Origin: Amoebidium appalachense
Lineage: Eukaryota; Protista; Ichthyosporea
Assembly (NCBI GenBank): GCA_963693365.1
Contig: CAVNZM010000002.1
Location: 16,773,615-16,837,614 of the forward strand
DNA length: 64,000 bases
Direction: 5' to 3'
In this document: positions 27,836-39,703 of the stretch, piece by piece
Layout: each line of letters opens with the position of its first letter
How positions within the stretch are numbered: position 1 is the stretch's first letter
Notes under the pieces: model-generated
Seen by the model: only the letters and a program-made list of their open reading frames with translations
Told to the model about the DNA's origin: nothing
Database searches by the model: none
Program-made: the position numbers and the translations under genes

Positions 27836-30516
27836 TAACCGCCGCCTCTTATCTCGCGGTTTCAAGCACAAGTTAAAACAGTTACTCGCCGTCAAGGAGT
27901 ATGCGTCGGTTCATGGCTTCTTTCTTGTCGCAGTGCGCGACGCCCGTGCGCAGCGCGGTTTCAAGTACAAGTTAAAACAGTTACTCGCCGTCAAGGAGTA
28001 TGCGTCGGTGTTCATGGCTTCTTTCTTGCCGCAGTGCGCGACGCCCGTGCGCAGCGGAACCCGGCTATTTTGGAGGTTTGTTATAATGAGTTTGTTGAGT
28101 TTCTATTTGCCTTTGGCGAGCAGGTGGTGGGCACGGTTAGTACCCTTCCGTTCGGCTGTCGACAGTCTCACGTTTTGCAGTCCCTACGACAGTTGTTGTC
28201 TCTACAGGAAGCATTATCGGTCTGGAAATCCGCCGGTTGGTTTGGGCCTTCCGTGCAAGTCTATGCCCCGTCTCCTTCCATCTCCGTCGCTGAATCCGTC
28301 GATGACTATTATGCTTCCCTATTTTCGCTTCCTAATGTGTCCACGGTTCCATCACCGCCCGCTGGCCTCTCCCAGCCGCCGAGTTGGGAGCCGGACCAAA
28401 TCGTTCCCGGGCACTTTTCACAGTTATTTCAACTCTTCGGCTGTTTTTGGTGCTATACGGGTGTTAAAACCCCGCAAAGCGTGCGGGCCGGATGCTCTTC
28501 CTCCCGTGCTTTTCAAGGTTCTTTCTCCCGTGCTTCCGCCCCGTAATCGCGCAGAGTCCCCCCCGCCCCCGCCTTTTGCTGTCCTTCTTAGTGAGTTTTT
28601 TCCCGGCTTTTTTCGAACTCGGGTTTATTCCAAATTCGTGGCTTGACACAATCGTTACGCCCGTTCGTAAGAAGGTATCGCAGGGGGTCATTAACGACTT
28701 TCGTCCCGTCACACTTACCAACGTTTTTCGTCGGCTCTTCGAGGGTTGCATGCTTCGCGCCTTTAACACCGACGATTCTTTAAACGCCGTGTTCCGTCTT
28801 TCTTCCCTTCAAGGGGGCTTTCGTCATGCCTATTCATGTTATACCCACAGCCTGTTACTCCATGAATCCATTACTTCTGGCTCTCCGCACGTTGTCTTCA
28901 TCGACCTTAAGAACGCCTACGACACCGTACCCACTGGTTTGTTATGGCATAAGCTGGCTATGCGGGGCTTACCAGCCCCCTTTGGCCGTCTTCTGCAAGC
29001 GCTGTTCTATACCACTCGCGGACGAGCGGCGGTCAATGGAACATTAACGCCCGGTTTTTCTCGTTCTCGGGGTCTTCTGCAGGGGTCCCTCCCGAGTCCG
29101 TTGTTGTTTGACGTTTTCATTGACGATTTAGCCTGCGCCCTCGAACCCTTTGGCCAACTACATACCCGCCGTGTACCGGGTCTTCTTTTTGCGGACGATA
29201 TTGTCCTTTGTTCCTTAACCGAAGGTGTCATGCACCAGATGCTTCGTCAGGTGGATCAATGGTGCACCGAGAATCTCATGACAGTCGAAATTGCAAAGTG
29301 TGCTACTTTTTCGAAAAACGCTTCCTTTTGGCCGCTCTTCCTATTCCTGTTCAGAGCACCTATGACTTAGTCTATTTGGGTATTCCTTTTACTGCACTGG
29401 GTGTTGATTTCCGCAAGCTCCTCACGGCACGGATCGCTCGTGCGAAGGGTAAGCGAAGTTCACATCGTGTCAAATATGCTTCAACGGGACTCGTCTGTGA
29501 TCCATCCTGCGAACCTTCTTCTCTTACTATAAAACTTTTTTACGGCCGACTTTCGAATATGGACTCCCGCTATTGGCCTGCGCCCCACCTCGCGAGGCGG
29601 CTGTGGCGCTGAAAGAGTTCGACGATTTTCAGGGTACCGCGCTGCGCACTTTGCTTCGTACTCGGTTTGTGCCTCCCTTAATCCGTATGTTAAACTTTGG
29701 ATTGTCGTCTGCTGTTTGTCGTATGGAGGAATTGCCTCTTCGTTTTTGTTTTCATTTAGTTAGGATACCTGATGGTCACGCTCTTTATGCTTTCTTTTCC
29801 CCCCTCCCTCCATCCCTCTTCCCCCCCGATTCACCAACGCTACTTCTGAATGTCCTCAGCCTACCCGGCCTCTTTCAACCTGATTCTGCCTCTCGCTATC
29901 TCACTCCCTCTTTCTTTTCTCTTCCTGTTTTTTCTGCCTTTTCGCGCTATTACCATACGCAGTATAAGTTTCTTTCTCGTTCTGATAGCGAAATCAAAGG
30001 TAAAACTCAGTCGGCATGTGTTATGTTCCTTAGGCAACACTGTACTGATCATTATCGCTTTTTGGGAGCCTTGGCAGGATATATTTCTCCTGCTGTACGT
30101 ATGGATACCACCCTAGTAGATAAGTCTGCTGTATGGTGCTCTGATCAAGTTGATATTGCCTGGGAAGTTGTGCAGTGGCGTTTTAATTTTTGTTTTCATC
30201 GCCGCTGGTGCCACTTTTGTGCTGAACTTTTTAATCGCAAGCATGTTGATAGGTGTGAGTTTTTATGTCGCGTTTTACCTCTTTCCCTAGTACGGGTGTC
30301 TGCTACACTGGCTGGCAATGTGGCCACTTTAGACTTTTTGTTGAATTCTGTTGGTCGTCACATTGAGTATTTATATGATTTTCACACAGTGTTCGGGTAT
30401 CTCAGTATGCACTTGTTACTGGATAACTCGTGAAGTTTTTTGTTGTCTTCTCAGTATGCCGTGCATACTGCATATCTTTCCGTCGAATAAATTCAGTCAA
30501 AAGAAGAAGAAAAAAA
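27836..30516 (+). mobile_element. 5'-truncated non-LTR (LINE-like) retrotransposon with frameshifted RT and C-terminal Cys/His motif
   Basis: Domain 0 KACGPDAL, then DFRPVTL, QGGFR, FIDLKNAYDTV, GLLQGSLPSPLLF, LLFADDIV, YLGIPF and C-terminal CHFC-x7-H-x3-C. AATAAA and A-rich tail at ~30486-30516. ~97-bp tandem duplication at 27856-28055. No endonuclease seen. Confidence 0.9.
28492..29370 (+). pseudogene. Reverse transcriptase core of the LINE
   Basis: RT motifs 1-6 in one frame (FADD catalytic motif); flanking parts lie in other frames. Confidence 0.9.
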
Positions 30517-30859
30517 TATACACATACAACCCGCCCCTGGATATAAAGTCTTGGAGGATCCGCGTGATGCGCTGGGACCCAATGAGAGACAGCTCAATTT
30601 AAGCCAAACCAATCGGGTTTGCATTTCGAACCCAGCTAGGACCTGCTCAGCGGCTCGGGAGTCGGAGCAGGCTGGCCTGGTGCATCATCAAAAAAAAAAA
30701 CGATCACAACCCGGCGCAAACAGAAACTAATATCAAGCATGCAATAATTAATAAGGACGTCGGAGACTACGCAGGGCTGGAAGATGTTACTGTATTCCAG
30801 GGGTTCCCGACCAATTCGTGTCCTTGCTTTCTTTCTTTCTTTTTCTTACTTTTTTTTTG

Positions 30860-30908
<49 letters not shown>

Positions 30909-30916
30909 GGGGGGGG

Positions 30917-30953
<37 letters not shown>

Positions 30954-32271
30954 AGGGAGGGAGAGGCTGGGCTGGGGGAGAGGGGGGGGGGGAAAGGCGG
31001 GGAGGCCCTGTTCTTGGGGGGGGGGAGGGTGAGGGGGGCGGGGGGAGTTGAGAAGAGTGTTGAGAGGCTGGAGGGGCGGTGAGGGGGAAGGAGTGGAGTG
31101 CAGGGGGAGGGGGGAGGGGGGAGGTGGAGGGGGGTGGGGGGAGGTGACCTACTGAGGTTGCACCAAGGAAACCCCGGTGGCGGTTACACACCGACATACA
31201 TCTAGATTGGGGAGCATGGAGGGAGCAGCTTTATACGAACGGTTAGCATGACCTGAGATTACAGTAATTGGACTCACAGTGTAGGTGAATGGGCAAAGAG
31301 GGTGAGATACTCGAGAGGAATGGACGATGGTGGTGGACAGCATAAGGCTGTGGACGGGCGAGTGGGGTACTACCGTAGCTACTCAGAAATTGCGGATTCC
31401 ATGGAGGGTTGTGGAGCGATACGAGTGCGCGGAGGGAGGTCGGATTGGGGAATGCTCTGAGCTGCAAGCACACTGACATGGCCAATAAAGTTTGCCATCA
31501 CGGTTGATCCCTCTTACTGACGCTCTCACTTTGGCGGGCCTTAACCAAAGCCTGAATGCTTAATTGTGAAAACACACAAAGTGTAGTATATGTTGGAAGA
31601 TGTAACCCCAGCGGAGGCATCTGTGGAAATAGCTCAGTATGAGGAGCAGGCTGGCGGTGGCGGAGGGGGAGGGAGGAGGGGGGGGGGGGGGGGGGGGGGA
31701 GGGGGGGGGGGGGGGGGAATATCATAGGACTCACGCACTGGCAAGTGATCAACGTCGTTAGGCCGAGTGCCTGAACCGACCCCCCCCCCCCCCCCCCCCC
31801 ACCCACCCCACCTCCCCAATATCGTATATTTATTATGCAGAGGGAAAGCGATGCAGATCAACACTGTGTTGGGAGGTGAACCAAGGACTATATGTTTGGT
31901 TTTTATTTTGGTACACCTATTCGTTGCAGTGTTCTTGTAACCACACCACGAGGGAGCAACACCTACGGTAACTCTTTGCCTGAACCGTGCCTGTAACATC
32001 CGAGTAACCGTCCTCCCCGGTTCCCTCCCTCCCTCCCTCCCTCCCTCCCCCCCCCCCCCCCCCCCCCCTCCCCCCCCCCTACTTCAACCCATCCTCCTCC
32101 ACATTCTTTCTCCAGGCGCTTCTATTTGCTCTCTCTCTTTTCACACCTGTTGCAAGCAAAGTGAACATAACCATTATCACCCGTACACACTTTTATCCAC
32201 TGTGCTCTGTACGTTTTTTTTGTTAGCCTATGTACCTCACACCTGTTTTCGATAAAGCAGCCAAGAACGAT

Positions 32272-32991
32272 TTATTTGCTTTTTTTGTCTTCTCTTTCCC
32301 TTTGCTTCTCAGCTTCTATTTCCTCTCTCAGTTTTGCCGCAACTGCCTCGGGCACCTTTGCGCTATTCAACAACAACTCCTTAATCTCTGCTTTAGTCAG
32401 CTCCTTTTTTGATGCCTGTACATGGGGTTTGCTTTCCCTGAATTTTGAATATACATGTGGTGCAAGGAAGGTAACAGCGGCAGCAAAGACCGTCAACAAA
32501 AACAAGCATTTGCTTGCTGTTGCAAGAGCACAATAACGAAAAACGTTTTCATCATTTCTCTTTATCCAATCAACACAGAAACCTAAACAGACAATATTTT
32601 CAATCATATCCGAAAACAAGTAAAGAAGTGACAAAGGGAGCAAGCGAGGAGAGATGAGGAAAGAAGCAACCGCAACCATGTCCATAGACACGAAATCGAA
32701 ACATTCGTGTGCAATAACATAGGCAGAGTCAGCAGGTTTCGGGAAAAAAAGGGTGAAGTTAACAGCTGTCCACGAGGATTTTATGCTGGCCGGGTCGTAG
32801 CCTCCCAATTTTGCGCAAAATCTGCTGAGAGCCCAACAGACGGTGGCGGCCACCAGCACACGAAGGAGGAGTGGGTTATCGTCTTCGGCTTCGTCTCCTT
32901 TTCCTCCCCTTGACTCTTGGTGTCTCGAAGCACTGGGCTCGGTTGTGACAGAGGCATTGGACGAGGAAGTGTGTTCGGTTTCTTGACTCAT
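32272..32991 (-). CDS. Single-coding-exon multi-pass membrane protein (239 aa) with charged tail and C-terminal KKSK
   Basis: Repeat-free 720-nt ORF; hydrophilic N-terminus, 3-4 hydrophobic segments, coiled-coil-like tail, KKXX-type ER retrieval end. Confidence 0.75.
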   Translation of the reverse strand: MSQETEHTSSSNASVTTEPSASRHQESRGGKGDEAEDDNPLLLRVLVAATVCWALSRFCAKLGGYDPASIKSSWTAVNFTLFFPKPADSAYVIAHECFDFVSMDMVAVASFLISPRLLPLSLLYLFSDMIENIVCLGFCVDWIKRNDENVFRYCALATASKCLFLLTVFAAAVTFLAPHVYSKFRESKPHVQASKKELTKAEIKELLLNSAKVPEAVAAKLREEIEAEKQREREDKKSK

Positions 32992-34203
32992 TCTTAAAGT
33001 TCAGGAAGAGCAAGTACGTGCGTGTGTGTGCGCGTGCGTTTGCGTGTGCATGCGTGTGTGTGTGTGGGTCTTTGTGTGTGCGTGTGTACACACGTGTGTG
33101 CGTGTGCGTGTGTGTCTGTGTGTGCGTGTGTGTGTGCGTGTGTGTGCGCGCGCGTGTGGGTACCCACGCGCTCTAACGCCACGCCCCGTCAAAACTTAGA
33201 AGACGAAAAATACCTTACCAAGCGGTGAATTTATGTGATAATAGATTTTTTTTACTCTGCTTTAGACCTGCCTTGCTTGTAAGATTTGCGTTTAGTGATG
33301 TTTTCTTCCCCAAAGCCACAGGCTGTGTGAGAGACTGCGAGTGCGAGAGCTGCTCTGTACAGACAGATGACTGAGCCTAGTCTCCAAGGCTATGTACCCA
33401 CTGGCTTATGTAAGTGGCTGAGCACTACTACGTGTCGCCTGCGGCAACATACAAGGTATGTTGACTTGTATGTTGAGCTGCGCCGCAGGGAGACAGCACT
33501 CAAAGTGACTACTAGACTGAGCCGTGTCATCGCAAAGGAGGCAGTGACAACAAAACCATACATGCCATTCACATACCATTCATCCAATTTAAGCGCCGTA
33601 TTGGACAGTGAATTCGTAATTACATACCACATGGATACTTCAGTTCTGGACATCTTGCACGGGTGTTGCATGCTCAGTGTCGGTCTCAGTGTTGCATCTT
33701 TTGTCTGTTAGTTATATATAGGTAGGAGTTTCGCAAGAGGGTTTTTTGGTTCTATTGCCACTAGCATAGAGGCAAAATAAAAGGCTGTATGCAGGATAGG
33801 TGCTGGTTCTGTTTTTCTATTCCAGTATGCGCTGTTTTTGGTGAACTGTGGGCATGTGCAGGTTTCTTCTGCTGGAGTTCGGCACCCGTTTGCAGGCAAG
33901 GGATCAACATCATAATTCCGTTCTGTTGCTTAGCACGGGTCTTTCCCCTTGCTCCTCACTGCCTCGTCCGTATGCAATTTATGTGCCATCTATTGTATAC
34001 CGGCTCTTTTGTGGTCCACGGTGCCTGTTTGTGTCATCTCCTGTGTCTTTCATCCACGTGCCCTTGTCTCTCTAGCTCCCTCCCTCCCTCCCTCCCTCCC
34101 TCCCTCCCTCCCTCCCTTCTCCCCTCCCCCCCTCTCCCCCCGTCCCCCTCTCTCACACCCTCCGTCTCTCTCTCTCTTTTTCTCTCTCTCTCGCTCTCTC
34201 TCT

Positions 34204-34250
<47 letters not shown>

Positions 34251-34336
34251 CCTCCCTCTCCCTTTCCCTCTCCCTCTCCCTCTCCCTGTCCCTGTCCCTG
34301 TCCCTGTCTCTCGCCTTCTGTCTCTGTGCGTCTCTG

Positions 34337-34368
<32 letters not shown>

Positions 34369-34983
34369 CCCCCCCCCCCCCCCCCCCCCCCCCTTCTCTT
34401 TCTCTTTCCCCTTTCTTATTCTCTCGGCCCCCTCTCCCTCCCCCTTCCCCCGCCTCTTTCTCTCTCTCCCTGTGTTTGTGGGTGGGTGGTGAGCGTATAT
34501 CTGTGTGTGTGTCTGCCTGGACGCGTCCGTTCGTGCCTGTGTGCATGTAGGCCTGCGCCCGCGTGCGTGTGTGTGCTTGTGGCTTGTGCCTGTGCCTGTG
34601 TGTGTGCGGATGCGGGTACGTGAGCGCGGGTGCGGGCAGGTGTGATCGCGTGTACGTGCCACCACGAACATGGGCCTACGCGTGTGCTTCTTCCTCACCA
34701 ATGTTGTCTTAGCGCTGCACATCTGCCCGCCTCGAGGGCTTCTTGCACCATCTGAAGCACCCACATGTGTAAACAGCCACACATGCTCTCGTTCATGCAC
34801 ATATGCACACTCAACACAATCAAGCACACACCCCGACACCCAGCCACAAACTCACTGTCACTTACTTCACACGCCCACTCCCACACTCAACTAACTTGAA
34901 CTCTTGAGTATGCCTGCTTATCTCCGTGCTTGTAATAAAACTCTCTGCTCCAGTACTGCCTTACTATGGGCCTGGTTCCTTCT

Positions 34984-35015
<32 letters not shown>

Positions 35016-35311
35016 CCCCCCCCCCCCCCCCCCCCCCACCATCAACCACCAACTCCCAACCCCCCCCCCCACCCTGTCGTTGTTCTTTGCCTTATCGTCT
35101 ACACACCCATCCTCATACCCCCCCCCCCCCCCCCCCCCCGGGTGTTTAGTGCCTGCACTGTGCTTTCTCTTCTATTCTAATATTAATGCCCTTGTGACTG
35201 TATTTATCTCTGTGCTATGTGTGCAAATATCTCTCTTCTATTTTCTTACATCAGCCTCTGTGTCTACGCACTGCACCGTCCTCTCATATGCCTTCGTGTT
35301 GCTCTGGGCAG

Positions 35312-35346
<35 letters not shown>

Positions 35347-35765
35347 TGGTCGCTCCCTGTATTCCCGCCCCTTCTCCTCCCAGGGGAGAATTTAATGGTG
35401 TGCCTGCACCAAACATAGATATCCACGTTTTTGACGTGTGAATTTGTTCCCCCCCCCCCCCCCCCTCCCCCCCCCCCCCCCCCCCCCCCCCCCACCTCCA
35501 CTCCCCCAAGGGCACTACTCCCCTCCTCTCCCTCATTCCCCTTATTCTTGCCACTCACCTACCCACAAGCCATCCCACCTTCCTTACACACTCTCCTCGA
35601 TATATGCCTGCAACTTAGAAGTGCAAGGTGTTTGGACTTTTTCCCTATTACGTTACATGTAAATCTGTGTTGAGTTGAAATTATTTTGTATACACCATTT
35701 CTCTGCTCTAGGCTCTAGGTCTTCTTGTTGCAATGCCCCACCGTCCCCCCCTCCTCCGGGCTCCC

Positions 35766-35821
<56 letters not shown>

Positions 35822-35824
35822 CCA

Positions 35825-35874
<50 letters not shown>

Positions 35875-35989
35875 CACACACAACTTGCTGGGTGCCTGCA
35901 CGTAAGACACGTTCTTGGGGTGCACTAATTTTCCCGCTAGCATGGCTTAGTGTTTGCATATATTTTTCTGTCTAGGCAAGTGTTTGGCT

Positions 35990-36290
35990 CCGTGTTCATG
36001 TGGTTCTGTGTTTATGTTGCTCTATCCTTGTGTGGCTGTGTTTTGTATTGCCCCGTGCTCATGTGGTTCTGTGTTTTTGTTGCTCTGTGCTTGTGTGGCT
36101 GTGTGTTTGTGTTGCTCTGTGCTTGTGTGGCTGTGTGTTTGTGTTGCTCTGTGCTTGTGTGGCTGTGTGTTTGTGTTGCTCCGTGCTCATGTGGCTCTGT
36201 GTTTGTGTTGCTCCGTGTTCATGTGGGTCTGTGAATGTGTTGCTCTGTGCTTGTGTGGCTGTGTGTTTTTGTTGCTCTGTGCTTGTGTGG
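35990..36290. repeat. ~33-bp minisatellite (GTTGCTCTGTGCTTGTGTGGCTGTGTGTTTGT)
   Basis: About nine degenerate tandem copies. Confidence 0.8.
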
Positions 36291-37106
36291 CTTCCCTCAT
36301 CCGCCCTCTTAAGCGTTCTTTTTTTGCCTCTCATTGCACATTGGTCTGAGCCATTGCACATTGGTCTGAGCCTGCATGGGGCCTTATGTTTAGAGGGCCC
36401 CGGCTCCTTTCTTCCCCTTTCCCCCCTACAGACTTGTCGGTCAGCTCTTGTACAGCACCAGGCAGAATGTTCATCTCTACCTTCCCCCCCCCTCCCCCCC
36501 CGCACCCCCCCCCCCTCCCCCACCATGTTATCCAAAAACAACAAAAAAATTTGTGATATGCGGCCTTTTGTACCCAACCGTTCATGCACCCTATTCCCTG
36601 CTCTGCCACTATGTATCTCTGTGCTCTTTGCTGCTCGAATATTTGTGTCTTTCCCCCCCCTCCCCCCCCCCCCCCCCCCCCCCCCCCCCACTGTGCGCCC
36701 TACTTTAGGTCGCATACTTGAATGTTTGTTTTCGCATACCAGTGTGTGTCTCCTGATGTAGTTGTACTTCGTTATGTTTGCCGCATTCTAATCCCCCCCC
36801 CCCCCCCCCTTCCTCCCTGCCCGGGGTCCCCGTTAACCCATACACCCACCTTTCCCTATTGCGAAGTCTTTCTCTTGTTATCTGCTATTTCCTTGGTTCT
36901 TTTCTTAGACTGAATATCGGGTTAGGCACTCACCCCTCATCCCTCTGCCGTTGTTCATGTTTATTCGTTTTCTGCGTTGCCGTGTGCCCAATTTTCTTGG
37001 TTTCTTTTTTTTTGTTTCCTTTGTTTCTTTGGGTTTTTTGATGCCTGTGCCTTCATGTTTACCACTCTCTGCATAAATTATTCCCCCCCCCCCCCCCCCC
37101 CCCCTC

Positions 37107-38509
37107 CTCATCGTGTATGCGTACTTCGTACTGTGTTCCGCATTCAAACCCCCCCTGTCTTCTTTCAGAGGTGTCCTTTCAGGACAGACCACTGTGTGGA
37201 GACATCTTTACTTCCATGCAACCGGGCATGGTTGCTCTGTGTCGTGCATCTGTAAGCACATACGCGTTTGTCGCTGCACTGCATTAGTTTGCACATACAT
37301 CTTCACCGTTTTGCTCACCTTGCTTGCATAAGCAACCCTGCTCGTCTTTGATCAAGACGGGTTGACCCACCCAAGTTCAGTTGATGCTGCTGTCTGAGTT
37401 GGAGCGTCGTATATACGCGGGCTAAGGGGTCGAAACTCAGACGCAATTGATGACTTGGGCCCTCCCTGAGGATGGGCTCTGCTTATGACGCATACTGTGC
37501 GCATGGCTGATGCTGCATACTTGAATGTTTGCCTTTGCATGTGTCCTGCACCATGCTTCTCATCGTGTATGCGTACTTCGTACTGTGTTCCGCATTCAAA
37601 CCCCCCCTGTCTTCTTTCAGAGGTGTCCTTTCAGGACAGACCACTGTGTGGAGACATCTTTACTTCCATGCAACCGGGCATGGTTGCTCTGTGTCGTGCA
37701 TCTGTAAGCACATACGCGTTTGTCGCTGCACTGCATTAGTTTGCACATACATCTTCACCGTTTTGCTCACCTTGCTTGCATAAGCAACCCTGCTCGTCTT
37801 TGATCAAGACGGGTTGACCCACCCAAGTTCAGTTGATGCTGCTGTCTGAGTTGGAGCGTCGTATATACGCGGGCTAAGGGGTCGAAACTCAGACGCAATT
37901 GATGACTTGGGCCCTCCCTGAGGATGGGCTCTGCTTATGACGCATACTGTGCGCATGGCTGATGCTGCATACTTGAATGTTTGCCTTTGCATGTGTCCTG
38001 CACCATGCTTCTCATCGTGTATGCGTACTTCGTACTGTGTTCCGCATTCAAACCCCCCCTGTCTTCTTTCAGAGGTGTCCTTTCAGGACAGACCACTGTG
38101 TGGAGACATCTTTACTTCCATGCAACCGGGCATGGTTGCTCTGTGTCGTGCATCTGTAAGCACATACGCGTTTGTCGCTGCACTGCATTAGTTTGCACAT
38201 ACATCTTCACCGTTTTGCTCACCTTGCTTGCATAAGCAACCCTGCTCGTCTTTGATCAAGACGGGTTGACCCACCCAAGTTCAGTTGATGCTGCTGTCTG
38301 AGTTGGAGCGTCGTATATACGCGGGCTAAGGGGTCGAAACTCAGACGCAATTGATGACTTGGGCCCTCCCTGAGGATGGGCTCTGCTTATGACGCATACT
38401 GTGCGCATGGCTGATGCTGCATACTTGAATGTTTGCCTTTGCATGTGTCCTGCACCATGCTTCTCATCGTGTATGCGTACTTCGTACTGTGTTCCGCATT
38501 CAAACCCCC
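37107..38509 (+). mobile_element. Tandem array (~3.1 units) of a 452-bp non-coding retrozyme-like element
   Basis: Exact 452-bp period (37352/37804/38256); units look identical by eye. Starts mid-unit, ends at CATTCAAA-C run, poly(C) on both flanks. Confidence 0.9.
37391..37480 (+). ncRNA. Candidate hammerhead ribozyme, non-circular (swapped-strand) permutation; repeated at +452 and +904 and at ~39852-39941
   Basis: TGTCTGAG-T-T/GGAG (37391-37404), GGGTC-GAAA-CTCAGAC (37427-37442) and CTCC-CTGAGGA-TG-GGCTC (37462-37479) can form stems III, I and II around a CUGANGA/GAAA/GUU core. Confidence 0.7.
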
Positions 38510-38512
38510 TCC

Positions 38513-38543
<31 letters not shown>

Positions 38544-38573
38544 ACATACACACACACCACGCACACACAAACA

Positions 38574-38670
<97 letters not shown>

Positions 38671-38837
38671 CACGCACAAACACATACACACATACACAAC
38701 ACACACAACACCCCACCTCCCCCAGGTCTTTATACATGTAGTTGTGTTGTCGTCGTTATAGTGTGGGTTTTTGCCCCGTTTAACTTTTTAAATTCATGTG
38801 ATATTGTTGCGTTGCACCTCTCCCCTCACTCTTTGGC

Positions 38838-38966
38838 CATGACGGGGTGACTCGCCTATTGCCAAATCGAAGCACAGGATGGGTTGGGAACCAGGCATTA
38901 GATGTTGAAGAGTCGATACCCATTCGTTTGTGAAGGCATGGGAACCTCCTGGATGATGGGCTCTCT
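38838..38966 (+). mobile_element. Highly diverged subfamily (E) core of the hammerhead-bearing repeat
   Basis: GGATGGG-T-T-GGG ... GAGTC-GATA-CCCATTC ... CTC-CTGGATGA-TGGGCTC: same layout, different stem sequences, mutated core. Confidence 0.6.
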
Positions 38967-39703
38967 TCAAGTGTCTTCTGCCTGCACAAATGATTTGGTT
39001 TCTGTTTTTTTGTCTTGTTTTAGTGGTTTTTTTTTATGTCCTTGCCTCCGGATTTGCCACTCTCTAATTCATACCTTCTCCCCCCCTCCCCTCCCCCCCC
39101 CCCCCCCCTCCCCCTCCTCCCTCCCCCCCCCTCTCAGTGTGTGTGGGGTGAACGAGTTGAATCGCTAGCATTATGGATGACTCCCCCCCCCCCCCCCCCC
39201 CGGGCCAGGATTGGCGTTCCATATTCTTTTTTTTTTTTTTTTTTTTTGTATATCTGCATCATGTTTTGCCTCGTGATTTCCTGCTTCATACTGTGCCGCA
39301 CACTCAAACCCATTCCCTTCCCGTGTGTCCCCACACACTCAAACACATGTTCGCACACACGTGTACGCATTCACACACACATCAACACGCAAACACACAC
39401 ACACACACTGACACTCACACACACTTACACACTCACACTCACACACACACTCACACTCACACTCACACACACGTACACAAAATCACTCACTTACACACTC
39501 ACACTCACTCACTCACTCACATAGACATACACACCACCCTTCACCTCCCCACCCTTCTCCGCTGGGGTGCAATGGTAGCTGCTTCAAGCCCAGTTGTGGA
39601 TGCTTATTCCTTTTCATTCTTAAAATCATTTTCCCCTTTTCTAAACACCCGTGGAAAACTGCCCCGTGGATGCCCCCCCCCCCCCTCCCCCCCCCCTCCC
39701 CCC

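Noticed and set aside
33367-33711. 114-aa ORF divergent from the 239-aa gene
   Set aside because: No recognisable motif and no downstream exons could be joined.
37330-37380. 5S/28S rRNA-like short matches on the minus strand (GAGCAGGGT, ACTTGGGTGGG, ACCCGTCTTGA)
   Set aside because: Too short and in the wrong order for an rRNA gene or 5S-derived SINE.
37394-37435. HDV-like ribozyme reading (GG, hairpin, GCUAA, GGGGUC)
   Set aside because: No P3/L3 element, and the catalytic C is absent in other subfamilies; the hammerhead model explains more conserved bases.
37107-38509. CRISPR array or protein-coding repeat (60-84 aa ORFs)
   Set aside because: Units are identical with no spacers and no cas genes; the ORFs are not conserved between subfamilies whereas base pairing is.
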